A stretch of 64,000 bases of DNA from Iphione sp. A-MEVVRFRX5 (GCA_976226885.1 OZ320315.1:64170001-64234000), one strand, 5' to 3'. Counted from the first letter of the stretch, positions 1-9,738 are shown. A program made the numbers and translations. The notes: generated from the sequence alone by a model not told the origin.

Positions 1-685
1 AGAAAATCTTATTTTCACAGGGGTTAGGGATTCATGGTGATATAATATCCCTGCAAATGACCATATAAGTCATACAATTCACCAGAGTAGCATGATAGAA
101 GATTTTAAGTTCTTTTTTTTTTTAAATATATCAAACCATTGCATAAAAACTTGCATATATTACAATACCACATGATTGTGCAATTGGTCCTCAAACCAAG
201 GGTGCTACTGATAACGCTTAGATAGTCTATCCATCCAAATATATATGGGTAGTCCCCGAATCTACAGTAATGTCAGGGAGGGCCCAGGAATTGAATTATT
301 TACTGTCCGAGATCGTGTCAAGGGCACCACGAGTAGCAGCATTTGTCTTCGAATTGCCTACTTATACTAGTGCTTGGGCAACCGTCTTCCTCCATCTAGT
401 TGAAGTGAACAAAATAAGGGTATCCTCAAAGACTTAGCCTTGGCTGCAAGGTTTCTGAACCACAAGGCCAGAAATGGAGGGTAATTCCGCCGGAAAAAGA
501 TATGTATATTATAACATTCTTTTTGTGTAAGCGCAATATGAACAATGCAGCGAAACCTATAACGTGTAGCGGTTAGGATATGCATGTTAAGTAAATTCAA
601 CGAAAGTTTCCAATACAAATTGATCTTCTGACAGGTACAAATCTTATAAATGCGCATAATGTCCATGATGTGACGTATGACCACT

Positions 686-720
686 GTTAGGTTAGCGTTA
701 GGATTAGGGTTAGGGTTAGC
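686..720. repeat. Short interstitial telomere-like (TTAGGG)n tract
   Basis: gttaggttagcgttaggattagggttagggttagc: two exact TTAGGG units (704-715) plus degenerate units; produces the NPNPNP run in ORF 367..807. Confidence 0.7.
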
Positions 721-1131
721 CATATTTACAGAAAAAAAGCCATAAATGACCATCGACAGCCATACAGGTCGTCGGCCATTAAGACGACCGGTCATTGGGA
801 CTGACATTCTGTCCAGGCTATAGTTACGATGTTACCGGCCCTTTTCATATATAATTATGACTCCATTTGTAACACTTAAAGCAACTTTCTTCATTATTTA
901 TCAAATGGTGCCTGCTTATAGTACTTTGTGAAAATTACGTGTAATCAGAATCTGAAGGCAATCCTGTATAGAATTACTTATACTCTTAAGAGAGGACCTT
1001 GTCATCTGAAAAGCTCTGTAATGATGGGGTGGAACAATGTAATTTGTGCCTAATGTATTGACTTCTATGATCTTATGGGTTAATCAAAATAAACCCTTCA
1101 CCGAGGAATACGCATTACTGTAAGCTATTAA

Positions 1132-2420
1132 TTTCACACATACATGATAGAAAATGAAAATGTCTACATGTACAAATACCTGGGAGTGCAAATTGATAGT
1201 TGTTTATCATATGAAAAACAGACGGACCTAGTGCTATCCAAAGTGGGATGTAAACTACACTACTTCAGGAAAATCAGAAGAATCCTTCGGATAAGAGATA
1301 GAATACTACTCCTAAAAACAACAATCCTGCCTATCCTGGAATATGGACTAATCCTATTTACTGAGAACCGCTCAGTTAACTATCAACGACAAGCTCGCAT
1401 GTACAATCGACTAATCAGAGCAGTGTTCTTTGAAGGATTCGGATCGACTGAATCCAGACGAAGATGTGGCTGCGTCACACTAGCCGAAAGAAGAGACTAC
1501 ATCATACTGACATTAATGTGGTACAGACACATAATGGGCAACACGACACGTACTGTGCACAGGAGGACCAGAGCAGATGGAAAGCCATTGTTCAGAGTCA
1601 GCCGGCCAAACTTTGAGGCATACCGTAGAAGCATCAAGTACAAAGGAGGCCATCTCTGGAACACACTACCACATAACATGATGGACCTGGACTCCTCCAG
1701 TTTCAAGAAGGTGGTAAAGAGCATAGTATAATGAGTCGTAAGCAATCCACACTAGGAGTAGACTGTACTTCTAATGAATATGCTCTAACATAGGCAATGG
1801 AGAACTGGGGTAAGCCAAAATACTTCTGAATCCAAAATTAAATCTGCGCAACTGATACTTGGGCACATGTCTAGTATCGGTCCTGCAGAATGTCGTAGCT
1901 TGATAAAGAGTGACTCCAGACACCGACGTAAACTTGAGACCTGACAACAACCTAATGTTACTTGGCATTCGAGCTTCTGTCTAATGTCAACCCCAGAAGT
2001 ACTACCTAGTGATTCTTACTCTAATCACAAAAGGACCCAGCCAGACAGGCATACCGAAGACATGGTCTACGTAGGAAATAATCTCATTTGTCACCTGAAC
2101 TTCCGTCTATTGTAAACGCAATACAATTCACATGCAGTCACTACAAGGACCATCGATTCTAATATATAAAGAAGTAACTCCATGCTGTAAAAACATATGA
2201 CATCTGGGCTGCTGTCTAATGTCAAATGGCTAATGTCCAAATTGTAAATACTCAAGTAATGTACGATCCATCCCTGTAATTACCAATATTCACAACCACA
2301 ACACATCCAAAACTGTACATTCCAATGAAAATTACTAAGACGACAAAGACCTGAGAAGCAACGTACGATCTGTATATCTCTATCAGGATAAATAAAGAAA
2401 ATGAAAAAAAAAAAAAAAAA
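1132..2420 (+). mobile_element. 5'-truncated CR1/L2-type non-LTR retrotransposon (ORF2 C-terminus, long 3'UTR, poly-A tail)
   Basis: ORF2-type C-terminal coding region, then ~690 bp 3'UTR, AATAAA at 2391-2396 and an A17 tail at 2404-2420. An in-frame stop at 1129-1131 marks the approximate truncation point. No TSD found. Confidence 0.85.
1144..1731 (+). pseudogene. LINE ORF2 C-terminal fragment (RT thumb and downstream region), open to its stop
   Basis: YKYLGVQIDSCLSY, KTTILPILEYG and SIKYKGGHLWNTLP are typical CR1/L2 ORF2 C-terminal motifs; the catalytic RT core is missing. Confidence 0.8.
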
Positions 2421-2946
2421 GACATTGACGATGCCTAGCCTTTTTGTTACGTAAACCTGTCATCACGATATCACTTCATTGTCATTTTAATGTAAGTGTC
2501 AGAGTAATTTACTAAGAATTACTAATAAGTACAATAAAACCAGTTCAACTGAAAGTTTCGTAAAGGCTACAATTTTTGGAATATGATTGAACTCTCGCGA
2601 AAATTCATAGAAAAAAAAGCAAGATGGAGGTAGTATTACTGTTTGTTGAATGTACATTGTAGCAGTATAAAACCCTTCTTTTAAAGAATCCAATACATTT
2701 AAAGGACAGCATTATTTAACAGAATTGGCATTATATCAAAATATATAGTCAGCATCTCATCGGTATTTCTGTCAAGGATATTATTGACGTAGGCCAATTA
2801 AAAACAATTCGTACAGTTGGAATGGCAGTAATAATCCTTCTACCAGTAAGGATAAATAATTCATTAAGTATGGTTCTGAGATCCTTTACCCAATTTTATG
2901 ACAGCAGGTAAAGACGTATAGTAATTTAACGTAAGGAAACTTAATA

Positions 2947-3117
2947 TTAATCACCCAATTCACTGCAATAGGTGACATGGCAGTTCAAGTAAACAGGGTC
3001 CCATCTCAAGCAGCAGCCCTCTTTTACAGGGATCTGGGTGCAGCACTCCTCGTTCATACACTTTGCGTCATCGAGCGTTATGCTGTTACACACCACTGAG
3101 GCAATCGCATCATCCAC
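2947..3117 (-). CDS. Last coding exon of a secreted Cys-rich peptide gene (VDDAIASVVCNSITLDDAKCMNEECCTQIPVKEGCCLRWDPVYLNCHVTYCSELGD*)
   Basis: Pyrimidine-rich acceptor ttcttttttccgtctag|GTG (AG at 3119-3118), phase 0; 56 codons with 8 Cys, then TAA at 2949-2947. GC-richer than its flanks. Possible ATTAAA poly-A signal at 2491-2486. Confidence 0.8.
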   Translation of the reverse strand: MDDAIASVVCNSITLDDAKCMNEECCTQIPVKEGCCLRWDPVYLNCHVTYCSELGD

Positions 3118-3214
3118 CTAGACGGAAAAAAAGAACCAGGGAGGTATTTTTCTCAACCAATAAAGCCTATATTGGCTAGCCTTACAGACGATAATAGACA
3201 GTAAGAATGAGTAG

Positions 3215-3722
3215 TGTAGCGTTTCGGTGTTTGGTACGAACAAAATGCGCATTGAGAGTGTTTCCTCTGAAAGGGTTGTCGGAGGATAATCCTCCGAGAT
3301 AGCCACCGGTGGCGTGGGGTGGGAAGAACATTCTAGAAACTCCCCCTGTGAAGGGAGTACGTGTGTACTGAGCACAGCTCAGAAGGTTCTAGAAAGGATC
3401 TCTCTGGAAGGATCCAAGGTAGTATAGGCTATGGAAGGTTCCAGAAGGGAACTCTCCAGAAGGATCCTATAGAGAAAGGTAGTATGTGCTGTAGAAGGTT
3501 CTAGAAGCACCCCTCCAGAAGGATCTCTGGGGGAGGGTGTTACTATTTTTAAGGATGTACCATGGCTAAATTTAGAGCCAGACTCTGTATATAAGGGCAC
3601 TGATTTCCTGAATAAAGACAGTTCTCATCCGGACTTGGAAGTGAGAGCAACAACGCATATTCTGTGTGGAAGTTCTTTATTTCGCGGTGGCCATCCGGCC
3701 TGACGACGACCGACACGTTACA
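3215..3722 (+). repeat. 5' LTR (508 bp)
   Basis: tgtagcgttt...cacgttaca; by eye identical to 10078-10585; TATATAAG at 3588-3595 and AATAAA at 3611-3616. Confidence 0.95.
3325..3507 (+). promoter_or_regulatory. Array of four perfect heat-shock elements (nGAAnnTTCnnGAAn) in the LTR U3 region
   Basis: aGAAcaTTCtaGAAa 3325-3339; aGAAggTTCtaGAAa 3381-3395; gGAAggTTCcaGAAg 3433-3447; aGAAggTTCtaGAAg 3493-3507. Copies in the 3' LTR at 10188, 10244, 10296 and 10356. Confidence 0.85.
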
Positions 3723-3724
3723 TT

Positions 3725-3742
3725 TGGTGGCAGCGGTGGGAT
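3725..3742 (+). other. Primer-binding site complementary to the 3' end of tRNA-Leu
   Basis: TGGTGGCAGCGGTGGGAT begins 2 nt after the LTR end. It is the reverse complement of ATCCCACCGCTGCCA-CCA, the 3' end of metazoan tRNA-Leu isoacceptors (recalled, not searched). Confidence 0.85.
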
Positions 3743-3774
3743 ACTCTACTCAACTTGGACGAAAGAGTATCCCT

Positions 3775-5322
3775 ATGGACACGAACACGGCGTCTCCAGA
3801 GAAGGATGGCTACGGTTCATCGGTATCAGACCAGAAGAGTTTGCGGCCTATACGAGAAGGAGGAAACGGTCTCCAGCGAAGACGGTGCGGCCCGGTCAGT
3901 GATTATTTATCGGCAACGCAGCGACAAGGGTCGGAATACGAAGATTCCGACATGATGAATGCGACGGACGAAATCGCCGACGAATCCACGAAGGATCAGG
4001 AGGAAGGTAATTCGCCTAATGGAGGGGAAGCGAGTGTTGCCGGAGGACGTGGTCCGGTATCGGTGGCGGTCTGTTCCTGCTCCGAGGGAGAGGAACAGGA
4101 GACGAATCAGTCACCAGGAGGAGGATCAGTTCGCGCATTCTCTCGGCAGTGGCAACCCCGAAGATTCCTTGAAATAACCTCAGGTGGTTGTGAGGAAAGC
4201 GGGAACCGACCAGGCCCCGGTGAAGATAGTGGATCCAATGACGCGACTTTGCCGACAGAGTCATGCAGTCGGCGACGGGTCGACCAGGAGGTGGAGCGGA
4301 CAGCGGGTCAGGAGGAACCGACCTCCGAATGGGACGGGTTACTGGAGGAATTCGGCACATTCCTCCGAGCACAGGAGAAACAGGGAAGGTGGGTACCCAA
4401 ATCAAGGCAGGTACCATCGACGCCCCAGAAGCCTACCGAATTTCCGAAGTGGTTTCCTCCGACAGAAGTGAAATCATCTTCTCGTTTGAAGTTGATCAAG
4501 CCAGAGCGATATGATGGGACGAACGACTGGGAAGATTGGCACTCCCGATTTGAAGAATGGGCAAAAGTAAGTGCGTGGGACGAAGAAACTAAGAAGAACA
4601 TGTTGGTATTGTCTTTAACGGGGGCTGCACGAGTATTTTACAGCGATTTAACCTCTGCAGAGACTTGTACGTATCAGCGGCGTGTTAATGCCCTGTTTCA
4701 TCGATTCGGAAAAGGCAGGAGGGAAATTCGGGCAGTTCAGAAGTTGACTACTCTTCGGAGAACTGGGAACCAAACTCCTAGGCAGCTAGCGAATGAGGTG
4801 TGTCAGCTGGTATACCAAGCGTACCCCGATGTGAGCAGGGAAACGCGAGATTTTCTCTCGGTGGACTTCTTCCAGAAAGCTCTGGACGATAAGATGAAGT
4901 TGAGGTGTGTTTGCGCAAAGATAGGAACTCTGGAAGAAGCGATACAAGTGGTAGAGAGGGAGGAACGGTATGCCAGTAGGGGAAAAACTCCGACAAAAGG
5001 GGATGACGCAGACCAACTTGAGGCGGTAAGAAGAAAGTGCGAGGAGAAACTGGCTTGGAGGGATGCTGGACTCTATCGGAGGGAAGCACCAGCAAGAGAG
5101 AGGTTGTTTCCGAAAAACATTAAGAAAGGAAGAAATGAGTGGGGAAGAATCGTGTGCTGGCATTGCAGATCGGAGGATCATTTCAAGAGAAACTGCCCAC
5201 ACCTGCGGCCGAATGTCAAGCCAGCTGTAACTTTGGTAGAACTTCCGGGAAACGGGGAAGCGCCACCGCCTCCAGCTGCCAAGGGGGGACGGTGGCAGGT
5301 TCAAGTCTGTGTCTCCCTGTAA
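3775..5322 (+). CDS. gag: Gag, intact, 515 aa from the first ATG after the PBS
   Basis: Retrotransposon capsid-like block KPERYDGTNDWEDWHSRFEEWAKVSAWDEETKKNMLVLSLTGAARVFY and CCHC knuckle CWHCRSEDHFKRNC. The track's start at 3664 is a GTG inside the LTR. Confidence 0.9.
   Translation: MDTNTASPEKDGYGSSVSDQKSLRPIREGGNGLQRRRCGPVSDYLSATQRQGSEYEDSDMMNATDEIADESTKDQEEGNSPNGGEASVAGGRGPVSVAVCSCSEGEEQETNQSPGGGSVRAFSRQWQPRRFLEITSGGCEESGNRPGPGEDSGSNDATLPTESCSRRRVDQEVERTAGQEEPTSEWDGLLEEFGTFLRAQEKQGRWVPKSRQVPSTPQKPTEFPKWFPPTEVKSSSRLKLIKPERYDGTNDWEDWHSRFEEWAKVSAWDEETKKNMLVLSLTGAARVFYSDLTSAETCTYQRRVNALFHRFGKGRREIRAVQKLTTLRRTGNQTPRQLANEVCQLVYQAYPDVSRETRDFLSVDFFQKALDDKMKLRCVCAKIGTLEEAIQVVEREERYASRGKTPTKGDDADQLEAVRRKCEEKLAWRDAGLYRREAPARERLFPKNIKKGRNEWGRIVCWHCRSEDHFKRNCPHLRPNVKPAVTLVELPGNGEAPPPPAAKGGRWQVQVCVSL
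5247..5296 (+). other. -1 programmed ribosomal frameshift signal at the gag/pol junction
   Basis: Slippery heptamer G GGA AAC (5247-5253) in the correct gag phase, an 8-nt spacer, then a hairpin GCCACCG(5262-5268)...CGGTGGC(5290-5296) extended by cctcc/ggggg pairing. The -1 frame (ORF 5139..5528) carries the protease remnant. Confidence 0.75.
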
Positions 5323-7034
5323 AAATTGCTGATCGGAAGATGGATCACTTGATCGATACGAGGACTGAAGCAGCTGTTTCAAAGGAAGAATTCGCTCCAA
5401 GTGATATCGGTCGAACGCAGCTTCCCGGCGCCACAGAACAGGTAGCTCCAACTTTGGGTCGGGGAATCATGACATTTGAAGCAAATGGGTACAAGTACGA
5501 GATGCCAATAGTTTTGCTAAACATGTGAGTAAAGGAAGATCATCGGAAATTGAAAGGAACCACCAGGGGAAATGTCTATGCATTGGGCAGAAAATATTCC
5601 GAAAAACAGTTTTTTTCGAGAAACTCAAGAAATGCGGTGAGAGGAGGGTCGACGTAGGAAGAATGCCTCATGAGCATGGCTAACATGCTGCAGTTTGAGA
5701 AGATTCCTTGAAGAAGAGTTCGGAGAGTGGTACAACACCTGCGCGATGCCGGGCTGAAATCCAAAACCGAAGAGATGTGACCTCTTCCTGAAGCATTTCG
5801 ATCCCTTAGGGTACCTTGTAACAAGAGGGGGACATAGGAAGAAACACTGAGAAGATTCAAATTATTGAACATGTACCTGACTTTGGTTGTGTGTTTCCTC
5901 GAAGGGTGACACAATGGGAGAAGAATCATTGGGATAGCAGAAGACACTTGAAGAAGACACTGGTGTGAGCCTCGGAACGATGACGATGCTTCCGGCGGTC
6001 GGAGAAATCTGTGATTTGCCGAGTTTTGTTCCGAAGAAAGAAAACTTTGATGACGGTTATAGGAAGCTTCCGCCCCGGAAGGGGTGATGGAAGGCGGATG
6101 GCACTCTTTGCACGTCGGAGCTGCAGCGGCGAACGCGGATGACAGCAGTAGTCGTTCGTGAATAAGTTCGGAAAACCTGCAGAAGAGTAGAAGACAGAGT
6201 ATGGCCAAGGAGTGCGACACCGGAAAAATCCTGCAAATTGCCCTGGTTTGACTCTACGATCCCCAGTACCAACGGGTGAAAAGGGGCAAGCTAAGTTTTC
6301 TTTGGAAGAAGATCCTCCGTCTTGTGTGAACTAGATCAAGGCAGGCATGTAATGTAACATCATGGAGCCACCTTGACGATCAAAAGTATTGCTCCGTTGG
6401 GAGGAATAGCTGAAAGGGGGTCTTTGCGGTTAAGAAGCCAGATGAACACTGCAAGTGATTTGTCAAGTTGTCTCTGAGGGGAAAAATTCCGAAAGCAATG
6501 ACAAGACGAAGTTATCAGATTAATCCTCCAGTCATGTGGGTAGCAGAGTGAGTGATTTAATTTATCATGGGATTAAAACGGTTACCTGAAGATTTGAAGT
6601 TTGTAAGTGGGACACTACATCAAGTCCTGCATGGATTTGGGAAGAGAAATTCTCAGCTACAGGAGATTTTGTCACATGAAGATTATGTGATCAGCGCTAT
6701 ACGATCAGCAAGAACTTTGGAAATGAGCAATTCCAAACAAGTGGTCTTGGATGACTATGGTAAACTGCAAACACCAGCAACTGCAGAAAAGGGAATTGAG
6801 TTGTCTACACCTGTAAGAGGTGACATGCGAATAAGCACGGGAAAAAGGATGGTTGTGCACAAAAACAAAGTCCACCCGTATTCTGGTGGGCGGTTGCCAA
6901 AATGGGTAAGGGAGGCCATGCAAATCCAGACAAGTCTGATCAACTTTGGTGGGCCTCGTAACGGTGACGACTTACCTTATGGCAGGAGGAGTTATTGGTC
7001 GGGTTCATCCTCCGACGACGATAGCTCTGTATAG
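5253..7034 (+). pseudogene. pol: Collapsed pol: protease remnant, RT thumb remnant, possible RNase H trace, integrase C-terminal remnant
   Basis: LIDTR in place of LIDTG (5355-5363); HLRDAGLKS/PKRCDLFLKHFDPLGYLVT (~5735-5825, frameshifted); DDAS (~5980). No YxDD and no integrase DDE core seen. Many stops and frameshifts; only ~1.8 kb long. Confidence 0.8.
6567..7034 (+). pseudogene. Open 155-aa segment resembling the post-catalytic C-terminal part of Gypsy integrase
   Basis: GLKRLPEDLKF resembles the FGRxxRLPxDL motif; RISTGKRMVVHKNKVHPYSGGRLPKW resembles the ..VVHxNRLKPY..P.W end of Gypsy integrases. Confidence 0.6.
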
Positions 7035-8220
7035 CACACTAAGGAGGCGGCTTCCGAGGGAGGAGGGGTGGGTGGCGTTCTAGTCACCGTCGGTTCAGAG
7101 AGAATGCCCACTTCTTCTCCGAAGCCGGCCATACGGACCAATCGGATGTATTGATCCAGGCCTCCTTGGTGCGTCTGTGCTTACACATGCTCAGAGCTGT
7201 TAGCAAAGAGCAGGGGAGTTATGTCCTCCTCTACATGAACTGCATCGGTAAAATTTCCCAGAACAGCTGCTGGGAAAGCCGTAGAGGTGAAGATGTTGGA
7301 GGTAGAGGAAGAAATACAGGTGATAGAATAAATTTCCATTGTCAAACGGGAGTTTTGGGACCAGCAAGAGTCAATGTAGCTGACAACTGAACCACGGCGA
7401 AAGGAAGGATGATAAGTGTACCATCGACGTTCAGTTGAACACGGGAGCGTGGATGTGGCCAGGCCTGCAGGGCTGGCGCAGTTTCTGTTTCCCCTTCATC
7501 ATCATCCTCGGTAGAGAAGAGCCGGGGGGCACAGGGCGTGAATCGGAGGAATAAGGCAGACATGGACTGTCAGCTGGAAGTTTTGATTCACGCCAGTAGA
7601 TGTCTCAGGGTGTGGTAGATTGACTTGCTGCACCGAGTTCGGGCTCGATTCTCCGACGAACGACACGAGAACGAAGCATTCTCGATAGCGAGGCCAGGGG
7701 GTGAGAGTAGGAAGAAAGAACGATCTAGGAGGACGTTCTGGTGGGAAGGGTGAAGAAGTTGCCAACGCACGTATGCGAAGGGCGACTCCAGCATCCACAA
7801 ATGCTAGCTCAGCATTTCTCGGGGTAAGAGATGTATCGCGAGGGTTACACCAGAGTAACACACCACATTTCCTGTCTGGCAGAAGGTGCCAAGGAAACAT
7901 CGCAGAGGCAGGTGAGCAGTAGCCCTGAAAATGAGAACAAGAAAGGAGCATGTAAAAAGGGGCACAGTCATCGGGAAAAAATGGGGAGGAGCAAAAATCT
8001 AAAGATCGGAGGCAAGAGAAATGACAGAGAATTCACATTTATCGGAGAAGAAAGAAACATTATGGGAAAAGTGGAATCGGAAACGGGAAGGAAGATCAAA
8101 GGTTGTCGGTGTTCGATCCTACCCCTGGGGAGGGATAGGGTAGACAGAAGGGAATTGTAGGAATAGCAAAGTAATCCTCCGAGATGAGAGGGCGGGAAGT
8201 TTTGAACTGCCCACCACCGG

Positions 8221-9738
8221 ATGACGCAATCCCGAGATGCACTGTACCGGAACGTAATTTCTGCCGCTACGTCTTCGGAGGAGATCAAGATGGGGATGCA
8301 TTGTAAGCAATGCCCGAAGTTGACTTTCAAGAATAAATATAATTACGAACGGCATCTGCGAGAGAAACACGGAGAGCAAATGGGAGGAGGAAAGGTACGC
8401 TGGATGGCTTGTCCGTGGTGCAAGGGAAAAGCGTACGCATGTGACTATACCGGGTGGGAGAGCCACCTTATCAGCCAACACCCCGAGGCGGCAGATGAGT
8501 TCGTAGGACAGGGTGACTTGTATTTCATCTTTGCGGTCAACCCTGCCAACTGGAAGGTCCCTGCCCTCACTTCTGCTCCAGAAATTTCCCGGATAAAGGC
8601 GACGGGGTTGATTAAGCAGTGGAGAGAACGTGAAGGGAGAGCTATCCCTTTACGCGAAGCACGCCAGCGCCGAGCATCGCAACAGTCAACAAGCCAGGAG
8701 CCACAGCCGGGCCCCTCCGAAGAACCCCCTCGGAAAGTTCAGAAAAAGCAAGCCTCGGAAGAAGTCATCGATGTACAGCAGAGGAAACCAGCAGCTCCGG
8801 GAAGTCGGGAGGCAGCGTTAGCGCTAGATGTGTCGGATGTTAGTCCTTCCTATGACACGCCTTCGGTGGGACGCACCGCCGAACAATGGATGGCTGAGCA
8901 CGAGACAAGTGGTGACTCCCATGTTGGGAGTGGTGCTGGAGGAAACGTTTCTTTAATCAAAACGTTCCACGTAGACAGCCCCATCGATGCAGCTTCCGAT
9001 GACACCGTTCTGGAAGAGCACCCGCGTGGAGCAAGTCCAGCTCCTGCCAAGCCACCTAGAGATACGACGAGGGAAGAGGATACCGCCCCTACTAGTCTGG
9101 CGCATCAACAGAGTCAAACGGTTTTATCGGCATTTAATATCGCCGATGCAGAGATACAGACGTCGGAGGGGGAGGCGGATCAGCAACTACCAGGTGAAGA
9201 ACTGGAGGAAACCGACCAATTCCATGACTGGTTACGTGCGATAGCAGATGGGCTGGTACGCCCGTTTTGTGGTGTCGCCAGAAGGGCTCCAACGAAGACA
9301 AGCTGTACTCTCCTTAGTCTGGAGTGGCCACCAAAGAACTGGCGACAGTTTAGCCCGGAGCAGAAATTCCTGGTGTCACTCTCGGCAGCCACCACAGTGG
9401 CTATGAGTCAAGGAACTCTCAGGCCAGGAGATCCTATTCAGCCGTTGAGGGATCGACCCTATCTCATACTTCCAGGGTCACGACGGCCGAAATCCCGAGC
9501 TGGTTGGGGCTTGCCTGATGATGGGTCTCAGACGGAGCTGAGCAGGCATAATGCGACGATCCAACAGATAGTCACGCTACGGGAGCAGAACGAACATGAT
9601 CCGATAACGCCGGCAGAGTTGGAAGCTCTAAACAAGTCCGCGGAGGAGGCACGGGCCGAACAGGAAGATACTATTTTGGCCCATCTCCGAGAAACGTCGA
9701 AGCGACGCAGCGTGTTCTTGTCTCCGGAGGACGTTTAG
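8221..9738 (+). CDS. Accessory ORF3 of the LTR element, 505 aa, with two N-terminal C2H2-like zinc fingers, a long disordered middle and an unassigned C-terminal domain
   Basis: CKQC-x13-H-x4-H (8302-8370) and CPWC-x14-H-x4-H (8410-8481); basic NLS-like PPRKVQKK; uninterrupted 1518-nt ORF between pol and the PPT; no obvious env-like signal peptide or TM segment. Confidence 0.85.
   Translation: MTQSRDALYRNVISAATSSEEIKMGMHCKQCPKLTFKNKYNYERHLREKHGEQMGGGKVRWMACPWCKGKAYACDYTGWESHLISQHPEAADEFVGQGDLYFIFAVNPANWKVPALTSAPEISRIKATGLIKQWREREGRAIPLREARQRRASQQSTSQEPQPGPSEEPPRKVQKKQASEEVIDVQQRKPAAPGSREAALALDVSDVSPSYDTPSVGRTAEQWMAEHETSGDSHVGSGAGGNVSLIKTFHVDSPIDAASDDTVLEEHPRGASPAPAKPPRDTTREEDTAPTSLAHQQSQTVLSAFNIADAEIQTSEGEADQQLPGEELEETDQFHDWLRAIADGLVRPFCGVARRAPTKTSCTLLSLEWPPKNWRQFSPEQKFLVSLSAATTVAMSQGTLRPGDPIQPLRDRPYLILPGSRRPKSRAGWGLPDDGSQTELSRHNATIQQIVTLREQNEHDPITPAELEALNKSAEEARAEQEDTILAHLRETSKRRSVFLSPEDV

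Noticed and set aside
367-807. 146-aa minus-strand ORF
   Set aside because: The NPNPNP run is translated TTAGGG-like repeat; no domain or splice support.
3118-3600. Antisense ORFs in the LTR (also 9993..10463)
   Set aside because: Short chance ORFs over the HSE tandem repeat, duplicated only because the LTR is duplicated.
7195-7370. Antisense peptide with a knuckle-like CSSCRGGHNSPALC motif inside the LTR element
   Set aside because: Bounded by stops, no ATG, non-canonical spacing; likely chance.
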